Shown: one piece after another, positions 24,884-32,578 of the stretch
How the letters are laid out: each line of letters opens with the position of its first letter
How positions within the stretch are numbered: the first letter of the stretch is position 1
Notes under the pieces: model-generated
Seen by the model: only the letters and a program-made list of their open reading frames with translations
What the model was told of the DNA's origin: nothing
Databases searched by the model: none
DNA from: Myxococcota bacterium
GTDB lineage: Bacteria; Myxococcota_A; UBA9160; UBA4427
Direction of reading: 5' to 3'
Assembly: GCA_965250285.1 (NCBI GenBank)
Contig: OZ252299.1
Span: forward strand, 1,801,222 to 1,865,221
DNA: 64,000 nucleotides
Made by a program: the position numbers and the translations under genes

Positions 24884-27370
24884 CTAGGCCGTCACACCTG
24901 CGGCGTGCAAGCGGTCGATCTCGTCGTCGGGCAGCCCGAGCACCTTGCTCAGGATGTGGCGCGTGTGCTCGCCCAGCAGCGGCCCAGCGGTGCGCGGGCC
25001 GCCGGGGGTCTCGGAGAGACGGTAGCCCCGTCGCTCGAATGCGAGAGGCCCGAGCGCCGCATGCTCGAGCTCGACGAAATGGCCGCGATGCGCCAGCTGA
25101 GGATCGCGCACGAGGTCGTCGAAGTCCTGAACCGGCCCCGCCTCGATGCCCAGCGCCTGCAGCCTCTCGACCATGCCGTCGAGATCCTGTGTCCGCGTCC
25201 AGGCTTCGACCCCCTGCTCGATTTCATCGCGCGCGCCCAGCCGCCCCTCGAGCCAGGCGTAGGCCGCGAGCGCGGCCCAGTCGGGGCGCCCCATCGCCTC
25301 GACCAGCGCAGCCCACGCGGCGTCGTCGCGGACCGCGATGGCGATCCAACGTTCGCGGCCCGTATCGGCTTCGGCGCGTGCAGCGAACACCCCATGCGGC
25401 ACCGCGACTTCGCTCGCGTTGCCCATCCGAGCCGGCACCTCACCGGTCGCAGAGTGCCGCGCGATCGCTTCGCTCAGGCAGTACACACCGGTCTCGATCT
25501 GCGAGACGTCGAGACACTGCCCCACGCCGGTGCGCTCCCGCTCGAACATCGCAGCGAGCAGCGTCGCAGCGACGAAGCGCGGCGAGAGCGAGTCGGTGAT
25601 GGTCGCGTAGGGGCCGAGGGCCTCGGCATCGGGCCAACCCGTCAGGTGATTGAAGCCCGCGATCGCTGCACCCTGCCCGCCGAAGCCGGGGTATGCCCGC
25701 TGTGGACCGGTCTGGCCGAACAGACAGCCCCGCACCATGATCACCGTCGCGTCGAGTGCGTGCACGCGGTCCCAGCCGAGGCCGAAGCGCTCCATCACGC
25801 CCGGCGCGAAGTTCTCGGCGACGACGTCGGCCCACTCGGCGATCAGGCGTTCGACGATCGCGATGGCCTCGGGCGACTTCATGTCGAGCGTCAGACTCTG
25901 CTTGTCTGCATTCAGCAGCGCGAACATCGGCGCCTGATCGTAGATGCCCGGCTCGTCTCGGTTCTTCGCGGTGACGTGGAGCAGCCGCAAGAAGTCGGGG
26001 CGCCTCGCCGACTCGATGCGAATCACCTCGGCGCCCTGCTCGGCGAGATAGCCGGTGGCGACGGGCCCGGCGGCGCCCGCGCCGAGCTCGAGCACCTTCA
26101 GGCCGGCGAACACCCCAGCCTCGCCGCTCTCGAGCCCGTACGGCGCGGTCGAGCCGTGAAAGGCAACCCGCTCCCGTGACGTCGATCCGCGACGCAGCTC
26201 GTCTCCGTCGGCATCGAGCACCGGCGCGGGCCCGCGCACGGCGATCTCGGCTGCGCTCGCCCGTGCGAAGAACGCGGGCGTCTCGAAGACGCGATCGCGC
26301 TCCTGCAGCGTCGTGAAGAAGTCGCGCGACCGCAGCTGGGGCTGCGCGAGGATCTCGCGGGCGTCGTTGCACGGCGCGAGCAGGATGCGCCGCTCGATCG
26401 CCGTCTCATACAGCTCGCGCATGGTCTTCGTCGCGAAGAACGCACCGAACGCGGCCTCGAGTCGCGCGAGCTCGTCTTCGGTCAGCGTGAGCGGCGAGTA
26501 CGCCGACCAGTCCATCGTGCGCAGCCAGTCGGGCGCGAGCTCGCTCTCGGCCATGTAGTCGACGGTGGCGCTCAGGCTCGGGATGCGCGCGGGCCCGCCC
26601 CGCAAGCCGTACGACACGAAGCCATCGGCACAGCGCCAGATTTCACGCGTCCGCCCCGTCCGCGCGCCACTGCGCGTGGCGAGCGGTGCGCCGCTGGCGC
26701 GCTGGCCCGGCCCGGAGAGCAACGTCGTCAGCTGAGTCTCCTGCAGCGCACAGTCGACGAACTGCCCTCGCCCGATCCGCGGTCGCGCATGAAGCGCCGT
26801 GAGGATCGCAACGACCGCCTCGGCGCCGCCGTGAAACGTGGACGTGGGCAAGCTGCAGCGAAGCGGCGCGCGCGCCGGATCCCCGGTCATCGCCATGTTG
26901 CCGCCCATCGCCACGATCACCAGATCGCCGGCCCACCAATCGGCTCGAGGTCCCGTCTGGCCGAACGGACTGATGGCGCAGTGGACGAGGCCGGGATGGC
27001 TCGGCGGGCACGCGGCTTCGAGGTCGGCCGTGCGCAGCCGACGCGCGGCTCGCTCGCCGGGGCGACACGTGTCGATCACGACGTCGGCCGAGCCGACCAG
27101 GTCACCCAGCCCCGCGCGACCATCGGCCGAATCGAGATCGAGCACCACGCTGCGCTTGCCCGCGTTGAGCACCGAGTATCGGAGGCTCGGTGCGTCGGCC
27201 GACGCGCCGCCGCGCGACCGCACGGCGACGCCGCCCGTCGGCTCGACCAGGATCACTTCGGCGCCGAGGTCGGCGAGGATGCGGCCCGCGAGTTGGCCCC
27301 GCTCATCGGTCAGGTCGAGCACGCGCAGGCCGCCAAGCACGTCGATCCGCCTCACATCGCCCCGGGGCAC
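24884..27370 (-). CDS. fused tandem family-III (CaiB/BaiF) CoA-transferase
   Basis: 828 aa with two complete N-terminal family-III signatures: LRVLDLTDERGQLAGRILADLGAEVILVEP (aa ~15) and LKVLELGAGAAGPVATGYLAEQGAEVIRIES (aa ~430). GTG start. Confidence 0.8.
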   Translation of the reverse strand: MPRGDVRRIDVLGGLRVLDLTDERGQLAGRILADLGAEVILVEPTGGVAVRSRGGASADAPSLRYSVLNAGKRSVVLDLDSADGRAGLGDLVGSADVVIDTCRPGERAARRLRTADLEAACPPSHPGLVHCAISPFGQTGPRADWWAGDLVIVAMGGNMAMTGDPARAPLRCSLPTSTFHGGAEAVVAILTALHARPRIGRGQFVDCALQETQLTTLLSGPGQRASGAPLATRSGARTGRTREIWRCADGFVSYGLRGGPARIPSLSATVDYMAESELAPDWLRTMDWSAYSPLTLTEDELARLEAAFGAFFATKTMRELYETAIERRILLAPCNDAREILAQPQLRSRDFFTTLQERDRVFETPAFFARASAAEIAVRGPAPVLDADGDELRRGSTSRERVAFHGSTAPYGLESGEAGVFAGLKVLELGAGAAGPVATGYLAEQGAEVIRIESARRPDFLRLLHVTAKNRDEPGIYDQAPMFALLNADKQSLTLDMKSPEAIAIVERLIAEWADVVAENFAPGVMERFGLGWDRVHALDATVIMVRGCLFGQTGPQRAYPGFGGQGAAIAGFNHLTGWPDAEALGPYATITDSLSPRFVAATLLAAMFERERTGVGQCLDVSQIETGVYCLSEAIARHSATGEVPARMGNASEVAVPHGVFAARAEADTGRERWIAIAVRDDAAWAALVEAMGRPDWAALAAYAWLEGRLGARDEIEQGVEAWTRTQDLDGMVERLQALGIEAGPVQDFDDLVRDPQLAHRGHFVELEHAALGPLAFERRGYRLSETPGGPRTAGPLLGEHTRHILSKVLGLPDDEIDRLHAAGVTA

Positions 27371-27538
27371 GATGGCCGCAGGGGTGGGTTCGGCACGGGC
27401 CGCCTCATGAACCGAGACGCCACGCGCTCCGTCGAACTCGATCTTCGAATGTAGTTCAGGGGGCCCCGCACCGGGGCGACCGTGCCGATGATCGAAGGCG
27501 TTTCGAATGAGGGAGGCCGGGGGCGTCGGCGCCTCTCA

Positions 27539-27592
27539 ACTCGCCTGACTCGCCTGACTCGCCCAGCTCGCCCGACTCGCCCAACTCGCCAA
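27539..27592. repeat. 9-bp tandem repeat x6 (actcgcctg-type)
   Basis: Units: actcgcctg actcgcctg actcgccca gctcgcccg actcgccca actcgccaa. It lies in the non-coding region between the CoA-transferase start (27370) and the small secreted-peptide gene. Confidence 0.85.
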
Positions 27593-27660
27593 CGCGTCCA
27601 CGCGCGGCTCGCGGGGTTCCGGGCGATCGGACAGCGACGGGGGGTGCAATCGAACTCGAC

Positions 27661-27689
27661 GAACGGGGCAGTGCGGTCCCGCCCCGTTC
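27661..27689 (-). terminator. stem-loop downstream of the small peptide gene (9-bp perfect stem)
   Basis: gaacggggc-(11 nt)-gccccgttc, 45 nt past the stop of the 27734-27901 ORF. On the minus-strand transcript it is followed by a U-containing but not U-rich tail. Confidence 0.4.
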
Positions 27690-27733
27690 GCCGGTCGATT
27701 CGGATCGGAACGCCGGGCCTTCGCCCGACGGGG

Positions 27734-27901
27734 CTACTTCGACTCGTCGCCCTCGGGCGAAGCCGGGGGCGGCGTCTCGTCGCCGGTGTCCTCGGACGAC
27801 GTTCCGTCCGAGCCCGAACCGGTGGCGTCGTCCGACGCCAGCGCGGGCCATCCGATCATCAGTGCGGCCAACAAGCTCAGAAGAATCACGATGCGCTTCA
27901 T
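27734..27901 (-). CDS. small secreted acidic peptide precursor (55 aa), function unknown
   Basis: Below the ORF-track size cutoff; read manually. AAGAGGAGG lies 9 nt upstream of the ATG (27901-27899). Product: MKRIVILLSLLAALMIGWPALA|SDDATGSGSDGTSSEDTGDETPPPASPEGDESK, ending in TAG. This is a typical Sec signal peptide with an A-L-A cleavage site. The third-codon positions are GC-rich, and a hairpin follows downstream. Confidence 0.6.
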   Translation of the reverse strand: MKRIVILLSLLAALMIGWPALASDDATGSGSDGTSSEDTGDETPPPASPEGDESK

Positions 27902-27950
27902 GGGGGATCGCCTCCTCTTTCTGGGTTCGACCGAGATTCAGAGATGACTG

Positions 27951-27976
27951 CACCGACGTCGGTGACCCGGGTCACC
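27951..27976. promoter_or_regulatory. two overlapping perfect palindromes (CACCGACGTCGGTG and GGTGACCCGGGTCACC) in a divergent promoter region
   Basis: The 14-bp palindrome is at 27951-27964 and the 16-bp palindrome at 27961-27976. They lie between the small peptide gene (start 27901, minus) and the SDR gene (start 28112, plus). Confidence 0.3.
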
Positions 27977-28111
27977 CGGGGACGCTCGCGTGAGACCCTG
28001 CCTGAATCGAGTGACACGCGAAGGGGTCGGCGCATGGCCGCGCAAAGCCGCTCGAACAGGCGAGGCGACGCTGCGCAGCGCCTCGACTATCGTCCGCGCG
28101 AGGAGGCGCTC

Positions 28112-28903
28112 TTGCACACGCGAGATCTGTTCGATTTGAGCGGCCGCACGGCCATCGTGACGGGCGGCGGCCGCGGAATCGGGCGCCACCTCTCGATCGG
28201 CCTGGCCGAGGCCGGCGCCCGGGTCGTCGCGGTGTCGCGTCAAGTCGAGGCCTGCGAAGAAGTGGCGGCCCACATCCAAGCATCGGGCGGCGAAGCCCTC
28301 GCCCTCGCCTGCGACGTGTCGAAGCCCGAAGCCATCGATCGGCTCGTCCCCGAGGTCGTCGACCGCTGCGGCGCGATCGATGTACTCGTGAACAACGCGG
28401 GCATGGTCTGGGCGGCGCCCACACTCGACTATCCGCTCGAGGGCTGGGATCGCGTCTTCGACCTGAACGTCCGCGGGCTCTTCTATCTGACTCAGCAGGT
28501 GGCGCGCCACATGGCCGAACGTGAGCGGGGATCGATCGTGCAGGTCAGCTCGATTTCGGCCTTCCGCTCGGCGGGCGACGATCGTGAACCGGTCGTCGCC
28601 TACAACGCGAGCAAGGGCGCCGTCGTCTCGCTCACGCAGGATCTCGCGGTGAAGCTCGCGCCCCGCGGCATCCGGGTGAACGGCATCGCGCCGGGCCCCT
28701 TCATGACCTCCATGATGGATCACGTCCGACACGACGACGCAGCGCTCGCGCGCTTCAACCGTCAGATCCCGATGGCGCGCTCCGGCGACGAGGACGACAT
28801 CAAGGGCGCCGTCGTGTTCCTCGCGAGCGACGCGTCGGCCTTCGTGACGGGCCATACCCTGGTCGTCGACGGCGGCATGCTCTGCGCATCACCCGCGCTC
28901 TGA
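28112..28903 (+). CDS. short-chain dehydrogenase/reductase (SDR)
   Basis: Cofactor motif AIVTGGGRGIG, NNAG, and active-site Y-x3-K in VAYNASKGAV. Start set at TTG 28112, 5 nt after AGGAGG. The track ORF (from 27482) and ATG 28034 give improbable N-terminal extensions. Confidence 0.85.
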   Translation: MHTRDLFDLSGRTAIVTGGGRGIGRHLSIGLAEAGARVVAVSRQVEACEEVAAHIQASGGEALALACDVSKPEAIDRLVPEVVDRCGAIDVLVNNAGMVWAAPTLDYPLEGWDRVFDLNVRGLFYLTQQVARHMAERERGSIVQVSSISAFRSAGDDREPVVAYNASKGAVVSLTQDLAVKLAPRGIRVNGIAPGPFMTSMMDHVRHDDAALARFNRQIPMARSGDEDDIKGAVVFLASDASAFVTGHTLVVDGGMLCASPAL

Positions 28904-28941
28904 GCTTCGACCGACGTCGCGGTGTCGCTCCCTTGCGCAGG

Positions 28942-30678
28942 CTAGGCCTCGGCCTGTGCCCGGTACGTCACGCCGTCGATCGTCACGCCGTCCGTCTCCA
29001 GGCGTGCGAGGGCGCGTTCGCGCAGCTCGCCGACCTGAAGCTTCGCATTCGCCGTGAACGAGAGCTCGTCGGTGCCGAACTCGAGGATGTGCTTGGGGCG
29101 CTTGTACGCCGCCAGTCTCTCCTTCAGCTGCGCGTGGATCGAGTCGGCATCGAGCGTCACACCGCGGGCGGCGACCACACAGAGCACGATCACCTCGCCG
29201 AGCACCGGGTGCGGTACGCCCACCGCCTGTGCCAGGCGCAGGTCGTCGCGCCCGGCGAGCGCCTGCTCGATCTCGAGCGGTGACACGTTCGCGCCGCCGG
29301 TCTTGATCAGATTCGAGAGTCGGCCCGACCAGTGCAGATAGCCCGCATCGTCGAAGTGCCCTCCATCCTGGGTGTGAAAGAAGCCGTTCTCGTCGAGGAA
29401 GAGTTCGGGGGCAACCTTGTAGTAGCCCCGCATCAGGCGCACACCGCGCACCGCGATCTCGCCCTTCGAGCCGGGCTCGGCGAGATCGGCTCCCGTTTCG
29501 GGATCGACGATCTTGAGCCGCATGCCGGGCAGGGGCTTGCCGCTCGTGTCGCGCCGCAGCTCCGGCGGGGCCGAGGCCGGTAGCGACGACGCGAGCGTGA
29601 ACGTCTCGCTCATGCCGTACGAGCCGTAAGTGCCCCACTCGTCCCTCTCGATGCCGGCCAACGGCGCGAGCGGTGACGAGTACTCGATGTGCCGGAGACT
29701 CGAGAGGTTGCGCGTCGGAGCGCTCTCGTGCTCGGCCATCGCCTTTTCTTGGTGGGGCCAGGCGTTGAGCGTCGTCACCTGGCAGGCCTCGACGAGCGCG
29801 AGATAGCGCTCGGCATCGAACTTCTCTTCGAGGATCAGCGTGGCGCCCGACGTGAGCGAGGCCCCGAGCGACATCGTCATGCCGGCCGTCCAGAAGAACG
29901 GCTGGGCCGTGAGCATCACGTCGTCGGGTGTGAGCGCCATGCTCTCCCCGAAGTGCCAACCCATGATCACGCCGGCGCGCTGCAGATGCAGCACGCCCTT
30001 CGGATGGGCTGTGGTGCCCGACGTATAGATCAGCACGCCTTCGTCGGCCGGATGCACCTCGTCGGCGATCGCTTCGACCAGGCCGGCATCGACGTCTTCT
30101 CCGGCGGCGAGCAACTCTGCATAGCCCTGTGCAGCCCCCCGCGCCCGAGCCATCCCGAGAACGAAAACCGACCTCAGGCACGGCAGCTCCGCGCAGCGCA
30201 CGCGGCCCGGCGCGCTCGACGCGATCGCTGGATGCGAGGCCACGAGATCGTCGACGAGATCCTTGCCGAGCAGCGAACCCTGTAGGAGCAGGATGGCGGC
30301 GTCGCTGTGGCGCAGGATGAACGCGCGCTCGTCGCGGGTCGCAAACGTGTTGACGGGGATCAGCACCCCGCCTGCGAGCCCGACGGCATAGGCTGCAACG
30401 ACCCAGTCGATGTTGTTGCCGATCAGCACCGCCACCCGGGTGCCCTTGCCGACGCCGACGCCCACGAGGCCTCGCGCGAGCTGCATGGCCGCATCGCGCA
30501 GCTGCTCGAAGCTCAGCTCGCGCGCCACCGCGAAGTCCGCGTCCAGCTCACGCAGGGCCGGTCGATCGCCGAAGCGCTCGGCGACGTCGAAGAGCTGGCG
30601 CGGCACCGTCATGCGCGATGCGTCGGGCTGACGCTCGAGCTCGAGCGAGACCTCCATGCCGTCTCCTTGGCGCGACAC
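28942..30678 (-). CDS. AMP-dependent acyl-CoA synthetase/ligase
   Basis: 578 aa. AMP-binding motif LIYTSGTTAHPKGVLH, later YGMSET and the C-terminal KTGGANVSPLEIE. It lies 22 nt downstream of the hot-dog protein gene. Confidence 0.9.
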   Translation of the reverse strand: MSRQGDGMEVSLELERQPDASRMTVPRQLFDVAERFGDRPALRELDADFAVARELSFEQLRDAAMQLARGLVGVGVGKGTRVAVLIGNNIDWVVAAYAVGLAGGVLIPVNTFATRDERAFILRHSDAAILLLQGSLLGKDLVDDLVASHPAIASSAPGRVRCAELPCLRSVFVLGMARARGAAQGYAELLAAGEDVDAGLVEAIADEVHPADEGVLIYTSGTTAHPKGVLHLQRAGVIMGWHFGESMALTPDDVMLTAQPFFWTAGMTMSLGASLTSGATLILEEKFDAERYLALVEACQVTTLNAWPHQEKAMAEHESAPTRNLSSLRHIEYSSPLAPLAGIERDEWGTYGSYGMSETFTLASSLPASAPPELRRDTSGKPLPGMRLKIVDPETGADLAEPGSKGEIAVRGVRLMRGYYKVAPELFLDENGFFHTQDGGHFDDAGYLHWSGRLSNLIKTGGANVSPLEIEQALAGRDDLRLAQAVGVPHPVLGEVIVLCVVAARGVTLDADSIHAQLKERLAAYKRPKHILEFGTDELSFTANAKLQVGELRERALARLETDGVTIDGVTYRAQAEA

Positions 30679-30700
30679 CGATCGACACGAGCAGATCGGG

Positions 30701-31894
30701 TCAGTCGCGCCGCCAGGGCTGCGGCTGCGTCTCGGTCGGCAGCCGCACCTTGACCTCGGCGGTCGCGTTCACGTCGCCGTTCTGGTTCGACATCGTGACC
30801 GAGACGGTCGCCACCGGCTGTCCCGTCGGGTCGTTGAAGTCGACGTGCGAGACCTCGCCGTCGAGGTACGTCAGATCGCCGGTCATCGCGGGCGATCGGT
30901 ACGACGCGTTCGAGTGGATGATGTCGGCCCACTCGCCGCCCCAGTTCGCGACGTAGTCGAGGATCCACGCGCCCATCGACGCGCCGTAGCCATAGCCGCG
31001 GGGCAGACCGATCAGCTGGGCGTACTTCTGCTGCACGTGGCCGCGCGACGGGCCGTGATAGAGCCCGTCGCCCAGCGTCGGATCGAACTCGACCGCTTCG
31101 AGGTCGCGCGACATCTCGGGCAGCCAGCCCGCGTCGTAGAGCGAGCTCGGCCCCCCGTCGGCCCGAAACGCGCTCCAGACCGTCATCGTGTAGGCGCGCC
31201 ACTCCGTGGTGAAGCTCGCGATCGTGTGCGGGCCGATCGGGCGGCGCGGCAGCTTCTCGCCTTCCTTCACGACGGTGCGTCTTTCGTGGCCGAGCTCGTA
31301 GAACGTGCGGTAGTACTCGAACTTCTCTTCTTCGATGGCCATCAGCTGGTCTTCGGTCCACTCGGGATCCTTGTCGTCACTGAACAGCTGGCGCTTGCGC
31401 GCCTCTTCGGCGAGGTAGCGAATCGAGGTCGAGCGTTGTTTGCAGATGAACTCGCCGTTCTGATTCACGTAGGTCGTGTCGCCGCGCGAGAACATCGTCG
31501 GGCCGGCAAACTTCGTGTTCGCCACCTTGTAGTCGAAGAGCATGCGATCGCGCTTGATGAGGTCGCCGGGCCGGATCCGCGGCCCGAAGAACCACCACTC
31601 GTCACCGCCGAAGAGCATGTGGGTGCCGGGGATCGTGCCCTGGATCGCCGGCGCTGCGCCGTGGCTGTCGTCGGTCACCACCGCGAACGACTGCGGCGCC
31701 ACGAACTCGCCGAACCGCGACTCGGCCGCCGTCTCCTCCTTGAAGAAGAGCGGGTTCGGGTTCTGCATTGCCTGGGCCCAGCGGCGGATGTCGTTGGGCG
31801 CCACGGGATCCTTCGCCTGGCCTCCCCCGAGCGGCACGCCGATCCACGGATCCACGTGACTGGTATCGAACTCGACTTCTTCGTCCGCGCTCAT
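30701..31894 (-). CDS. MaoC/FAS1-like double hot-dog dehydratase family protein
   Basis: Start at ATG 31894 (MSADEEVEFDTSHVDPWIGVPLGG...). The N-terminal half (IRRWAQAMQNPNPLFF..FVAPQSF) and the C-terminal half resemble N-terminal and C-terminal MaoC-like hot-dog repeats. The track ORF (to 32575) over-extends across the divergent promoter. Confidence 0.65.
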   Translation of the reverse strand: MSADEEVEFDTSHVDPWIGVPLGGGQAKDPVAPNDIRRWAQAMQNPNPLFFKEETAAESRFGEFVAPQSFAVVTDDSHGAAPAIQGTIPGTHMLFGGDEWWFFGPRIRPGDLIKRDRMLFDYKVANTKFAGPTMFSRGDTTYVNQNGEFICKQRSTSIRYLAEEARKRQLFSDDKDPEWTEDQLMAIEEEKFEYYRTFYELGHERRTVVKEGEKLPRRPIGPHTIASFTTEWRAYTMTVWSAFRADGGPSSLYDAGWLPEMSRDLEAVEFDPTLGDGLYHGPSRGHVQQKYAQLIGLPRGYGYGASMGAWILDYVANWGGEWADIIHSNASYRSPAMTGDLTYLDGEVSHVDFNDPTGQPVATVSVTMSNQNGDVNATAEVKVRLPTETQPQPWRRD

Positions 31895-31935
31895 CTCGGG
31901 GCTCCGGTCAGGGGGTTCGGGTCGAAGCGGGATTA

Positions 31936-31952
31936 TCTGACGGACCGTCAGA
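31936..31952. promoter_or_regulatory. perfect 17-bp palindrome TCTGACGG-A-CCGTCAGA; candidate TetR-family operator
   Basis: It lies in the 117-nt divergent region between the hot-dog/ACS operon (ATG 31894, minus) and the VOC gene (ATG 32012, plus). Related copies are at 21923-21939 and 39418-39434. Confidence 0.5.
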
Positions 31953-32011
31953 AGCGTCAAGCGGCGCTTCGAGACGGGCCTGGGGCCCCTTTCGGCCGCT
32001 ACTCTCGCCCG

Positions 32012-32476
32012 ATGCCGATCGAAGCCTTCTCGCACGTGGGGGTCTGCGTCGCCGACCTCGACCGCTCCATCGCGTTCTACCGAGACGCGCTCGGCTTCGA
32101 AGAGCTGCACCACATGTCGGTGCGCGGTGCCGATGCGGCGCGTCTGCTCGCGCTCGACGATGTCGAGCTCGAGGCGGTGTATCTGCGGCGGGATGGCGTC
32201 GTCGTCGAGCTGCTCGCCTACGGCGCACCGGGCGTCGAGCGGGTCGACACACCCCGCCCGATGAACCGCGCCGGGCTGACGCACCTGTCGCTGCGGGTCA
32301 GCGACTTCGACGCCGTGCTGGTGCGCATCGAGGCGCACGGCGGCCACGTGCTCCGTGACACCGAGACCCGGCAGCCCGCCTACGACATGGCCGTCGTGTT
32401 CGTGACCGACCCCGACGGCGCCCGCATCGAGCTGCTCCAGGCGCCCGGAGACCCGACGCAGCTGCCCGGCGCCTGA
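32012..32476 (+). CDS. VOC (glyoxalase/bleomycin-resistance/dioxygenase) family protein
   Basis: 154 aa. MPIEAFSHVGVCVADLDRSIAFYRDALGFE ... GLTHLSLRVSDFDAVLVRIEAHGG ... FVTDPDGARIELLQ is the classic paired beta-alpha-beta-beta-beta VOC pattern. Confidence 0.85.
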   Translation: MPIEAFSHVGVCVADLDRSIAFYRDALGFEELHHMSVRGADAARLLALDDVELEAVYLRRDGVVVELLAYGAPGVERVDTPRPMNRAGLTHLSLRVSDFDAVLVRIEAHGGHVLRDTETRQPAYDMAVVFVTDPDGARIELLQAPGDPTQLPGA

Positions 32477-32578
32477 TCGGCGGCCAAGGCCGCGCCGACG
32501 TGTCGGCCGCGCCCCATGCGATCCACGCTCAAGGGCCCGTCCCGTCCATCCGACACCAGGCTGTGGAGGGACCACCCC

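Noticed and set aside
27539-27592. Tandem repeats at 27539-27592 and 19651-19725 considered as CRISPR-like arrays
   Set aside because: The units are 9 and 15 bp and directly abut without spacers. No cas genes are present. They are simple tandem repeats.
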